A stretch of DNA of 15,459 nt from Candidatus Altarchaeum sp. Its GTDB lineage: Archaea > Altiarchaeota > Altiarchaeia > Altiarchaeales > Altiarchaeaceae. The position numbers and the translations under genes were made by a program. The stretch lies in NCBI GenBank assembly GCA_018260615.1, contig JAGWDQ010000008.1, positions 1-15,459 of the forward strand, given 5' to 3'. Below the pieces are notes generated by a model. That model saw only the letters and a list, made by a program, of their open reading frames with translations, was not told the origin of the DNA and searched no databases. Of this stretch, positions 7,087 through 15,458 are shown piece after piece (within the stretch, counting starts at the first letter, position 1; the number at the start of each line of letters is the position of its first letter).

Positions 7087-7848
7087 ATGAAAAAGAAAAT
7101 AATAATTACTTATTTTAGCAAGTGGAACAATGGAATTTGCATTTTTGGTTATGATGAAGAATATAATGGAATAAGGCCCATTTATGATTGGGATAAGGAA
7201 AAAACTCCGTTACCATGGCCAGATAATCCTGAAACACGGCAAATAGTCCCCTTTACGGAAGTAGAATTTGATTTTGATGATGAGAATACTTATCCAACTT
7301 CCCCTCCACATACAGAGGACAAAGTATTGAAAAATAGAGAATATCATCAGATAATAAGAACCATTTCAGAAAAAGAAAAGAAAGAATTTTTAGAAAAGTT
7401 AACATCCAAGTCAATTAAAGAAGATTTTTGGGGAACAAATTGGTATGCATATAATCCACATCTAACAAAAAACAAAAGTGGAGATATAACATTTGCTTAT
7501 ATAATACCTGTGGAAGGAAAAAGGTCTATTGTAACCATAAAGAAAAAGAAATGTAAGTTTACTCTTGATGATCGTGATGAAGTAAGGATAGAATCGCCTA
7601 TAAAATCTGAAATTTTTTATAGTTTTGCTATTACAGATTTGGAATTGGAGCATTATGTGAATAAAGGTGAGGCGAAACGTATTGAAAAGAAATATATTGT
7701 TGAAGAATTAAACCAAAATATAAGTGGAATAGACATTTTTCTGCGAATAGGAACAGGAAGACCTTTTAAACCAATGCCTGATTTTGAGGGGTGTTTTTTA
7801 TTTGTTACGGGTATTTATTCGTTTCCTGATTACAAAACAAAAATTTAG
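7087..7848 (+). CDS. Dual-OB (DuOB)-like protein, partner of DUF488
   Basis: Pattern IIITYFSKWNNGICIFG...GIRPI, SPPHTED, FAITD, FLRIGTGRPF...CFLFVTGI recalls DuOB proteins (S-x-K...C-x-x-G...RP; C-terminal G.PF..C..V.GI). Recognised from memory; needs HMM confirmation. Confidence 0.65.
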   Translation: MKKKIIITYFSKWNNGICIFGYDEEYNGIRPIYDWDKEKTPLPWPDNPETRQIVPFTEVEFDFDDENTYPTSPPHTEDKVLKNREYHQIIRTISEKEKKEFLEKLTSKSIKEDFWGTNWYAYNPHLTKNKSGDITFAYIIPVEGKRSIVTIKKKKCKFTLDDRDEVRIESPIKSEIFYSFAITDLELEHYVNKGEAKRIEKKYIVEELNQNISGIDIFLRIGTGRPFKPMPDFEGCFLFVTGIYSFPDYKTKI

Positions 7849-7883
7849 ATAAATTTGTGGTAAATAGTTACAATAGTTTATAC

Positions 7884-7905
7884 ATTTAAGTTCAAAATTT
7901 TAATT
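7884..7905 (+). repeat. 22-bp direct repeat, copy 1 (copy 2 at 8228-8249)
   Basis: ATTTAAGTTCAAAATTTTAATT vs ATTTAACTTCAAAATTTTAATT, 21/22 identical; AT-rich, so statistically weaker than the 35-mer. Confidence 0.6.
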
Positions 7906-7968
7906 ATAACGAATTCACTAATTACACACACTTCGTTACGCCCAAAATCAAAAGATTTTTGAGGAAAG

Positions 7969-8157
7969 ATGACAAAACCACTTAAAAAATGTCCGATTTG
8001 CGGTGGAAAAGTTGAAGGGGAAAAAACTGGTAAAATTACCAATACACGCAGGGACTTTGTAAAGATTCAGAAAATCAGGGAAGAATTGAATAATAAAATT
8101 CCGGTATTAAAGCAAATCATGTATATCTATGCCTATCCTGTCGCAGAAAGTGTTTGA
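7969..8157 (+). pseudogene. Possible remnant of a YgiT-type zinc-finger gene (only the first CxxC remains)
   Basis: MTKPLKKCPICGGKVE start preceded by GAGG; no second Cys pair; ends 8 nt before the att-like repeat. Confidence 0.35.
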
Positions 8158-8165
8158 TTTTAAGA

Positions 8166-8213
8166 ATTGAAATTTTAAATCCTGTAAGAGAGGAAATAAA
8201 AACCAATGGCTAA
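8166..8213 (+). repeat. att-like 35-bp direct repeat, copy 2 (8166-8200), followed by an alternative tyrS tail
   Basis: Identical to 6388-6422. In the tyrS frame it reads IEILNPVREEIKTNG-stop (TAA 8211-8213). Confidence 0.93.
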
Positions 8214-8277
8214 ATTTGATGTTTTAAATTTAACTTCAAAATTTTAATTGATATCAATATTAATAATAACCTATAAA

Positions 8278-8724
8278 ATGGATAACACAACGGACCAAAA
8301 AGAGGACTTTAAGTTAATTCAGAAGACAGATAAAGAGATAGAAATTGAAGCATTAGTTGCAAAAGAAATTCCCGACATAGTTAGAAAAAAACTGATAGAG
8401 AAAAAAATTGATGCTTATGTTTATACTCCCCATCCGCTGCTAAATGGGCCACGAATACATATTCACTCATCAGACCCGGCAGATGACTTAATTTCGGCAA
8501 GCGAGGATGTTGAGAATGACTTAAAGGAATTTAAGGAATTAGTTGGCAAAGAATTTAAGAAGGTGAAAAAGGAAGACAAAAAAGAAAACACTAAGAAGGA
8601 AGAAAAGAAAGAAGAAAAGAATATTGAAGATGAAAAAAAGGATGTGAAATCAGCGGATGCCGAAGAAAAATCAGAGAAGGTCGGAAAAAAGAGGGGCAGA
8701 CCGAAAAAAGAAGAAAAAATTTAA
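8278..8724 (+). CDS. rpoL: Divergent RNA polymerase subunit Rpo11 (RpoL) with a Lys/Glu-rich C-terminal tail
   Basis: EIEIE...IVRKKL.....AYVYTPHPLLNGPRIHIHSSDP...L..A...V..DLKEF matches the Rpo11 fold pattern (HPL...P.i.i). The usual DHTLGN is replaced by AKEIPD. ATG 8278 preferred over TTG 8248. Confidence 0.7.
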   Translation: MDNTTDQKEDFKLIQKTDKEIEIEALVAKEIPDIVRKKLIEKKIDAYVYTPHPLLNGPRIHIHSSDPADDLISASEDVENDLKEFKELVGKEFKKVKKEDKKENTKKEEKKEEKNIEDEKKDVKSADAEEKSEKVGKKRGRPKKEEKI

Positions 8725-8751
8725 ATTTTTATTTTAAAATTTTTATTTAAA

Positions 8752-8826
8752 GGGCTTGTAGCTCAGGTTGGTTAGAGCGCACGACTGATAATCGTGAGGC
8801 CTGGTGTTCAAATCACCACAGGCCCG
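8752..8826 (+). tRNA. tRNA-Ile (anticodon GAT at 8787-8789), no intron, CCA not encoded
   Basis: Acceptor GGGCTTG/CAGGCCC, D-arm GCTC/GAGC, anticodon arm CACGA-CTGATAA-TCGTG, T-arm TGGTG-TTCAAAT-CACCA. Confidence 0.97.
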
Positions 8827-8902
8827 TTATTTATTAAATTTTATAAATTTTAATTTTTTTGAAATTTTAGAGAAATTTTAATCATGAAATTACCTTCATC
8901 AA

Positions 8903-9997
8903 ATGAAATCATCAATAAAAATTTTTGAAATTTTCGGAATTTCTGTAAATTTGCATATATCGTTTTTAATGTTTATATTGCTTCTCTTCATATTACTGGT
9001 ATTTTCTTATGGTTTCATAGCGGGAATAGTATCTATTTTCCTGTTTTTCATTTTGTTTTCAATTGTTGTGCTTCATGAACTTTCACACTCCCTCGTTGCC
9101 ATTGAATTCGGATTTAAAGTCAGAAGTATAACTCTTCTTCCGTTGGGCGGAGCGGCAGATGTTGAAATGGATGAAAATCCCAAAGCAGAACTTCTGATGG
9201 CTTTTGCGGGACCATTATTTAACATTTTATTTGCGTGGATTTGTCTTGTTTTGCTCATATCTTTAACTCCGAACTGGTCTCATTATCTTAGTATTTTTGG
9301 AGCAAATTTTTCGTTAGACCTTTTTGGGTTTTTGGGCTGGCTGATATGGATAAATTTTATGCTTGCCGCATTTAATCTTCTTCCCGCATTCCCGATGGAC
9401 GGCGGAAGGGTTTTAAGGGCATTTCTTGCGTTGTTTATGGATTATCTCAAAGCAACAAAAATTTCGTTGTTTATTGCAAAAATTTTATTCGTACTGATGA
9501 TGCTCGTCGGATTATTTCTGACGCTCAAAGGATACACATTGAATGGTATGATGCTGGTGTTTATAGCGATGTTCCTGTTTTTTGCCGGCAATCGTGAAGT
9601 AAAATGGACAGAAGCGAGAGAAAAATTTAAAGGAATGAAAAACAGAGACATAGCAGTCCGGTTACAGGAAACCGATGGAAATTTAACTGTGGAGGATGTC
9701 CTAAATTTAAGTTCCTTTACCTATCCGCACTCTCCGTTTTTTGTAGTTACGATGAACGGAAAAATTGAAGGAGTAATTAAGACGGGAGATATAATGAACA
9801 AAAGAGCAAACAACAAAATTAATGACAATATGCCTGTTTATGAAGTAATGAATAAAGATGTTTCATTTATTGAGGCAGATGGTTTGGTAACAAAATCGTT
9901 TAGAAAAATTTTATCGGCGGATTTATGCGTTGTTGAAGAAAACGGAATTGTGATTGGATATATAACGAGAGATATGATAATTAGACAAATTAAATAA
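8903..9997 (+). CDS. Site-2 protease (peptidase M50) with C-terminal CBS-like domains
   Basis: HELSH zinc motif, LLPLGGAA, AFAGPLFN, FNLLPAFPMDGGRVLRA, multiple hydrophobic segments, CBS-like VYEVMNKDV and IGYITRDM. Confidence 0.92.
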   Translation: MKSSIKIFEIFGISVNLHISFLMFILLLFILLVFSYGFIAGIVSIFLFFILFSIVVLHELSHSLVAIEFGFKVRSITLLPLGGAADVEMDENPKAELLMAFAGPLFNILFAWICLVLLISLTPNWSHYLSIFGANFSLDLFGFLGWLIWINFMLAAFNLLPAFPMDGGRVLRAFLALFMDYLKATKISLFIAKILFVLMMLVGLFLTLKGYTLNGMMLVFIAMFLFFAGNREVKWTEAREKFKGMKNRDIAVRLQETDGNLTVEDVLNLSSFTYPHSPFFVVTMNGKIEGVIKTGDIMNKRANNKINDNMPVYEVMNKDVSFIEADGLVTKSFRKILSADLCVVEENGIVIGYITRDMIIRQIK

Positions 9998-10084
9998 GAA
10001 TAAATTGACGAATATTTTTGCTAAATTTATATTGTTAGACATCTTTTTAAATATTTATAAAATTTAATTAAAGTTTACTGAACA

Positions 10085-13000
10085 ATGACTATTGAAATTA
10101 GCTTTACTGACAGAGTATTGAATGCTTTCAAAAACATAATCAACGAGGTAGAAGAAGGGTCTTTGGAACATGATATCCGTCCCAGATTTGTGAAATATTT
10201 TATAGAGCAGGTTCTGGGATATTCTGGATCTGATTACAGATACGAAAAAAACAGAACAGACATTACAATATTTGATGAAAATCGCTTTCCTGTCATTAAA
10301 ATTGAGACAAAGCCGCCAAAGGAAGACATTAATCAGACAAAACATGAAGAACAAGCTTTTGGGTATGCAGAAGAAACAACTAGATTCATAATCCTGACGA
10401 ATTTCTTACAGTTTAAATTATGGGAAATCAAAAAAACAGGCAGTGAGATGAGAGTTGATTTGGACTTTTCAAATATAGAAAAACAAAGAAAACTAACTAA
10501 TGAAGCGGAAAATAAAGAAAAGGAACAGATATTATTTTTCAACAATTTAACCAGGGAAAATATTTTTGACACAGGCAAATATGCAAAATTTAATGAGACC
10601 TACGCAAGAATAGATATAACCAAAGAAACGGGCTTTACAAAACTTCTTGAAAGATTAAATTATGTCGCCGGCACATTGCTTTATAGCTATACTTTAAAGG
10701 CATTTGGCGAATATAAAGAAGGGTACGGCAGGTATTTGACTGAGTTTAACGAAGTTGAAAAACACTCAAAAAATAATAAAGGAAATCCGGAATTAACGCA
10801 CAACATAGCAAAATATAAACAGAAACTGAATGAAAAGTATGAAAAGTACAAAACATTCCCGGGTTACTGGTTATGGAAAGAATACTCGGGAAAAGAGAAT
10901 ATCCCTGATGATGAGGTAAAAGAAATTTTTTGTAAAGAGACAATTTATGTTTTTCTTAATAAGTTAATGTTCCTGCGGATTTGCGAAGACAAAGGTCTTC
11001 TTGAAAAAAACATCTCAAATGGTGGTATTGAAGAAATGAGAAATTTTTTGACAAAAAGGTTTAAAGAGGGTGTCATAAACAAAGAAATTTTAGAAATAGC
11101 ATTCAAAAGTGCTATGGGTTTATACTCTCATTTTTATGAGACAGGCATTCTTGACTGGTTCAGAACAGGAGATGGTGAATTAAACGAATTACTAAACAGG
11201 GTCTTGTGGATTTTAAATCAGTTTGATTTTGCTCATGTAGACAGGGATATTTTAGGTAACCTTTATGAAAAATATCTGCCTATTGGAGAAAGGAAAAAAT
11301 TGGGAGAATTTTACACGCCAACCGAAGTAATAGATTATATTTTAACATCCGTTGGCTATACTTACAGTTATGATATTGAGATAAAGGACTTGCTTGATCC
11401 CGCATGTGGTTCAGGTGGTTTCTTAGTAAGAGCAACGAGAAGATTGATCAGCAGATATCTGATGAAGTTCGGCAAAACCGACAAGAGCGAACTAATAAAT
11501 CCTAAGAATTGGGAGAAAATTGCAGACAGGTTATCACCTGACGAGTCAAAGAATATTCTTGAAGCCATTCAGGAACATATATACGGACTGGATATTAATC
11601 CGTTTGCCTGCCATATTGCAGAAATGAACATGCTATTCCAGACAATTGACTTGTACCAAAAAACAAAAGAAAAATATCCGGATTACAAACTTAAAAGATT
11701 TAAGATTTACAGAACCGACTCTTTAGAAAAACCCTCACAGAAACAAATTATAGATTATAGTTACTCTGTATTTTTAGAAGAACAGGAGGAAATCTGTTCA
11801 ATCAAGAATAAGAAATTTGATTATGTTGTGGGAAATCCGCCTTATGTTAGAGTTCAAATGTTAGACAAAAGAGTAAAGGATTATATAAAAAAGGAATATA
11901 AAACACCCGTAGGAAAATTTGACATTTATGTACCTTTTATAGAAAGGGGAATTCATTGGTTAAAAGATAATTCAAAATTGGGCTATATCAATCCTAATTT
12001 ATTTTTCAACAGGGACTATGGAAAAGAGATAAGAAAGTTTTTGTTAGAAAATACGATCTTACAAATAATTGATTTTGGAGATTCCGGGGTTTTTAAAGAT
12101 GTAACAAATTATCCGTGCATTTTTGTAGTTCAAAAGAAGAAATCCGTCGGAAACAAAATAAGGACAATTGTTGTTAACCTGGCAAAAGACGGGCTTCTCT
12201 ATGACATTCAAAAAAGATTTTATCAAAAAAACTATAAAAACGAATACTTTTCGTTGTTTGATGTTGAACAGAGTAAACTAGGGTTTGAGCAATGGAAATT
12301 AATTTCTGATCGTTCATTAAGATTATTTAATAAAATTAAATCTTCAACGGATAAAGCACTTTTTAATATAACTGAAAGGATTTACGAAGGTTTTATAACC
12401 GGCAATAATAAAATTTATTTTGTAACTCCTGAAAAAGCCAGGGGTCTACGTCTGGAGAAAAAGTTGTTAAAACTATTGCCCAAAGGCAGAAATGTAAGAC
12501 GATGGACATATTCCGCAGACAGATTTGTTATTTATCCTTATGAATATGTTAATGGGAAAACCGAAGTGATACGAGATATAAAATCTGAATATCCTAACAC
12601 ATGGCAATACTTCAAAGATAATGAATTCGAACTTAAGAACAGGAAGTATCTAATGGATGCTATCCAAAACGGAAGTAGAAAAGAATGGTTCGAAATCTGG
12701 AATCCAAGAAGATATTCCTGGTTCAATCAGCCAAAGATCATAACGCCCAACCTATCTACAAAAAATAATTTTGCATTTGACGAAGAAGGTATGTTTTTGG
12801 ATCACGATTGCTATGGAATTATACTGGATAATAAAGACAGAAATAACTATTTGTATGTTCTTGGACTTCTAAATTCCATGCTTTTAGAGTTTTATCTAAA
12901 ACAAATAAGTCCGTATGCTTCCGGAAAGTATTACAGATACATGACGAGCTATCTTAAAAAACTGCCGATTAAACTTCCTCAAACTTCGGAAGAACAGAAA

Positions 13001-13510
13001 ATATCAAACCAGATTATAAAGAAAGTTGATGAAATTCTTGAACTGCATAAATCCGAAATCCTGAATATAGATGAAATTCCTGAAGGCGAAGAAACAGAAA
13101 AATTATGTAATCTACCAGAAGTTATCTTTTCCATAAATGACAATACCGAATTTGTGAAAGTTAAGTCCGAAGAAAATAGGATATATATAAATTCCTGTGA
13201 TTTCATAGAAATAAAAAATAAGAAAATATCGGACTTTATCAGAGTATATCTTAATTCAAATGAAGAAAAATTTGCTAAAGCCAAAGATATTAAAAGCATG
13301 CTCATCAATTTACCTGTTCCAAAATCCGATGAAATTTTAAGAGAGATAATCAAAAAAGGCAGCGTTGATCATTCTCAAATCAAAGAAAAAATCAAGAACA
13401 TAGAACAGGAAATTGATGAATTGGTTTATAAAATTTACGGACTTGAAGAGGAGGATATAAAAATCATAGAAGAGTTTTTTAAGGATGATAAATCAAAATG
13501 GATTTCATAA
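10085..13510 (+). CDS. Fused Type IIG restriction-modification enzyme (PD-(D/E)XK nuclease + N6-adenine methyltransferase + TaqI-C-like TRD)
   Basis: RTDITIFD...VIKIETK nuclease motif, LGEFYTP, motif I LLDPACGSGGFLV, YGLDINPFA, motif IV FDYVVGNPPY, DIYVPFIERG, KIITPNL, YVLGLLNS.LLEFYLK. Confidence 0.9.
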   Translation: MTIEISFTDRVLNAFKNIINEVEEGSLEHDIRPRFVKYFIEQVLGYSGSDYRYEKNRTDITIFDENRFPVIKIETKPPKEDINQTKHEEQAFGYAEETTRFIILTNFLQFKLWEIKKTGSEMRVDLDFSNIEKQRKLTNEAENKEKEQILFFNNLTRENIFDTGKYAKFNETYARIDITKETGFTKLLERLNYVAGTLLYSYTLKAFGEYKEGYGRYLTEFNEVEKHSKNNKGNPELTHNIAKYKQKLNEKYEKYKTFPGYWLWKEYSGKENIPDDEVKEIFCKETIYVFLNKLMFLRICEDKGLLEKNISNGGIEEMRNFLTKRFKEGVINKEILEIAFKSAMGLYSHFYETGILDWFRTGDGELNELLNRVLWILNQFDFAHVDRDILGNLYEKYLPIGERKKLGEFYTPTEVIDYILTSVGYTYSYDIEIKDLLDPACGSGGFLVRATRRLISRYLMKFGKTDKSELINPKNWEKIADRLSPDESKNILEAIQEHIYGLDINPFACHIAEMNMLFQTIDLYQKTKEKYPDYKLKRFKIYRTDSLEKPSQKQIIDYSYSVFLEEQEEICSIKNKKFDYVVGNPPYVRVQMLDKRVKDYIKKEYKTPVGKFDIYVPFIERGIHWLKDNSKLGYINPNLFFNRDYGKEIRKFLLENTILQIIDFGDSGVFKDVTNYPCIFVVQKKKSVGNKIRTIVVNLAKDGLLYDIQKRFYQKNYKNEYFSLFDVEQSKLGFEQWKLISDRSLRLFNKIKSSTDKALFNITERIYEGFITGNNKIYFVTPEKARGLRLEKKLLKLLPKGRNVRRWTYSADRFVIYPYEYVNGKTEVIRDIKSEYPNTWQYFKDNEFELKNRKYLMDAIQNGSRKEWFEIWNPRRYSWFNQPKIITPNLSTKNNFAFDEEGMFLDHDCYGIILDNKDRNNYLYVLGLLNSMLLEFYLKQISPYASGKYYRYMTSYLKKLPIKLPQTSEEQKISNQIIKKVDEILELHKSEILNIDEIPEGEETEKLCNLPEVIFSINDNTEFVKVKSEENRIYINSCDFIEIKNKKISDFIRVYLNSNEEKFAKAKDIKSMLINLPVPKSDEILREIIKKGSVDHSQIKEKIKNIEQEIDELVYKIYGLEEEDIKIIEEFFKDDKSKWIS

Positions 13511-15186
13511 GAATCGCTGAAATTTTTGACAAAATAGATAAGGAAAATATTACGAGCAGAATTGAATTAACAAAGAGCGTTGCTAAATTTATTGCTGATA
13601 TTTCTGATGAAGACCTGCAAATCGTGCTGTTATTTTTTCAGGGAAAAACATTTCCAATATGGAGCAATAAAGAGCTGGGAATTGCTGAAAATTTGGTTGT
13701 AAAAGCACTATCAAAGACAACCGGATGGAGCGAGGAAAAAATTAAGGACAAAATCAGGGAAGAAGGTGATTTGGGAAATGTTGCGGGTAAAATTTTAAGC
13801 GGAAGGATTCAGCATTCGTTATTTTCATCCGAAACGGAAAATTTAACTGTCCGGGAAGTAAGCAATGGTTTTCAAAAAATTTCAGAGTGTTCAGGTGGTG
13901 GCTCGCAGGATAAAAAGATGCAGTTAATAGACAAAATTTTATCAAAGACAACAGAAACAGAGGCAAAATTTTTTATAAGATTGCTGCTCAGGGAAATGAG
14001 GGTAGGAATCGGAGAAGGCGTAATCAGGGATGCGATTGCCAAGTCATATAATGTTGATTCAAATTTAGTTGAGCGGGGCTATTACTTAATTTCGGATATC
14101 GGAGAAGTGGCGAGGATTGCAAAAACGAACGGAAAAGAGGGACTTGAAAATATTGTGCCTGAAATAGGTATTCCTGTCCGGGTTATGCTTGCACAAAAAG
14201 TAGATGGTGTTAAGGTTGCGCTCTGTGAATTCGGAAAATGTGCTTTTGAGGTAAAATATGACGGAATGAGGATACAAATTCAGAAAAATAAGGGTAAAAT
14301 TTATTTATTTACGCGGCGGCTTGAAAATGTTACGGCCCAGTTTCCTGAAATAGTCAGAGCGGTTAAAGAAAATGTAAAGGCAGACAACGTAATTATGGAA
14401 GGCGAAACAGTAGCAATACAAGGCACGGGACAAGGTGAAGAGTCCGAAAGAAGAAAACCGAGGGTCTTTCAGGAATTATCAAGAAGGATAAAGAGAAAAT
14501 ACGATATTGATGAAATTGCCAGTAAAATTCCTGTTGAAATAAATTTGTTTGACATTCTTTATCTGAACGGAAAATCGCTGCTCAATGAAAAATTTGAAAA
14601 CAGGAGAAAAATTCTGGAAAATACGGTAAGGACAACAGAGACATTTCGGCTGGCGGAACAGATAATTACGGACAGCATTGAGGAGGCGGAAAAATTTTAT
14701 AATTATGCTCAAAAGTCAGGTCATGAAGGAGTTATGGCAAAAAAGTTAGATGCCGTTTATCAGGCGGGTTCAAGGGTCGGATATATGTATAAGATTAAGC
14801 CGGTTATGGAAACCCTGGATGTCGTCATTGTCGGTGGAACATGGGGAGAAGGAAAAAGGGCGCAATGGCTGGCATCGTTTTTGCTGGCAGTCAGAGAGCC
14901 AATAAGTAATAAATTTTTAACAATAGGCCGGCTTGGAACAGGATTCACGGATGAGCAATTTAAAGAGATGACAGAAAATTTAAGGGAATTAATTACAAGA
15001 GAAGAGGGAAAAGATGTTGAAATCAGGCCAAGTGTTGTCATTGAAGTTGCTTATGAGGAAATCCAGAAATCGCCTTCATACACAAGCGGATATGCTTTAA
15101 GATTTCCGAGATTGGTAAGATTTAGAGGGGATAAATCGCCGGAGGAAGCAGATACGGTTGAAAGGGTTGAAGAATTAAGCAGATAA
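13498..15186 (+). CDS. lig: ATP-dependent DNA ligase, archaeal type
   Basis: Motif I EVKYDGMRIQI, MEGETV, NLFDILYLNG, EGVMAKK, YQAGSR..MYKIK, LDVVIVG..WGEGKR, ALRFPRLVRFRGDK. Confidence 0.97.
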   Translation: MDFIRIAEIFDKIDKENITSRIELTKSVAKFIADISDEDLQIVLLFFQGKTFPIWSNKELGIAENLVVKALSKTTGWSEEKIKDKIREEGDLGNVAGKILSGRIQHSLFSSETENLTVREVSNGFQKISECSGGGSQDKKMQLIDKILSKTTETEAKFFIRLLLREMRVGIGEGVIRDAIAKSYNVDSNLVERGYYLISDIGEVARIAKTNGKEGLENIVPEIGIPVRVMLAQKVDGVKVALCEFGKCAFEVKYDGMRIQIQKNKGKIYLFTRRLENVTAQFPEIVRAVKENVKADNVIMEGETVAIQGTGQGEESERRKPRVFQELSRRIKRKYDIDEIASKIPVEINLFDILYLNGKSLLNEKFENRRKILENTVRTTETFRLAEQIITDSIEEAEKFYNYAQKSGHEGVMAKKLDAVYQAGSRVGYMYKIKPVMETLDVVIVGGTWGEGKRAQWLASFLLAVREPISNKFLTIGRLGTGFTDEQFKEMTENLRELITREEGKDVEIRPSVVIEVAYEEIQKSPSYTSGYALRFPRLVRFRGDKSPEEADTVERVEELSR

Positions 15187-15209
15187 TAAATGATAAGAGG
15201 CCGCCAAAT

Positions 15210-15458
15210 TTAAACAAGTCCGTTTTTAAGCCCGTATTTCTCACACAACCTGTTTGTGCTTTCTTCAAGTCCTTTTTGATATTCCTTTGACGGGAAAAAG
15301 AAAATTCTAAACAAACTTTTATATTTCGGCACGAGTTCGGGCTCATATTTCTCCAGAAATTTATAGTAAAGCGTCTTACAGTCCGTCGGATTCCTGTCAA
15401 ATAACCCATTAGCACGAAAATTAAGCACTAAAAAAACAGGTATTTTTTCTAATTTTTT
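15210..15458 (-). CDS. 3' end of a probable SplB-like radical SAM protein (partial or degenerate)
   Basis: DCKTLYYKFLEKYEPELVPKYKSLF...PSKEYQ..L......LCEKYGL resembles C-termini of that family as I recall them. The frame stays open to the window edge; no CxxxCxxC is visible in the window. Confidence 0.4.
   Translation of the reverse strand, partial: KKLEKIPVFLVLNFRANGLFDRNPTDCKTLYYKFLEKYEPELVPKYKSLFRIFFFPSKEYQKGLEESTNRLCEKYGLKNGLV

Larger units (their letters stand above)
6388..8200. mobile_element. Small genomic islet inserted at the tyrS 3' end; no integrase encoded
   Basis: Bounded by an exact 35-bp direct repeat of coding sequence. Cargo is non-housekeeping, visibly more AT-rich, and rarely uses the CCG Pro codon that dominates gdhA (qualitative, by eye). 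Confidence 0.75.

Noticed and set aside
10085-13510. BREX PglX or DISARM methyltransferase
   Set aside because: It has its own N-terminal PD-(D/E)XK nuclease, and no brx/pglZ/drm genes are adjacent.
9990-13515. Target-site duplication around the R-M gene (ATAAGAAT near both ends)
   Set aside because: An 8-bp AT-rich match is expected by chance, and one copy lies inside the lig coding sequence.
14416-14460. Short insertion in the ligase (GTGQGEESERR) as an intein or intron remnant
   Set aside because: About 10 aa in frame in a variable loop, with no intein or splice motifs.
1231-15415. The remaining short alternative-frame and antisense ORFs in the track (e.g. 1231-1656, 2204-2467, 3892-4182, 10064-10354, 12979-13353, 14760-15041, 15122-15415)
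   Set aside because: They overlap well-supported genes and have shadow-ORF composition without motifs.
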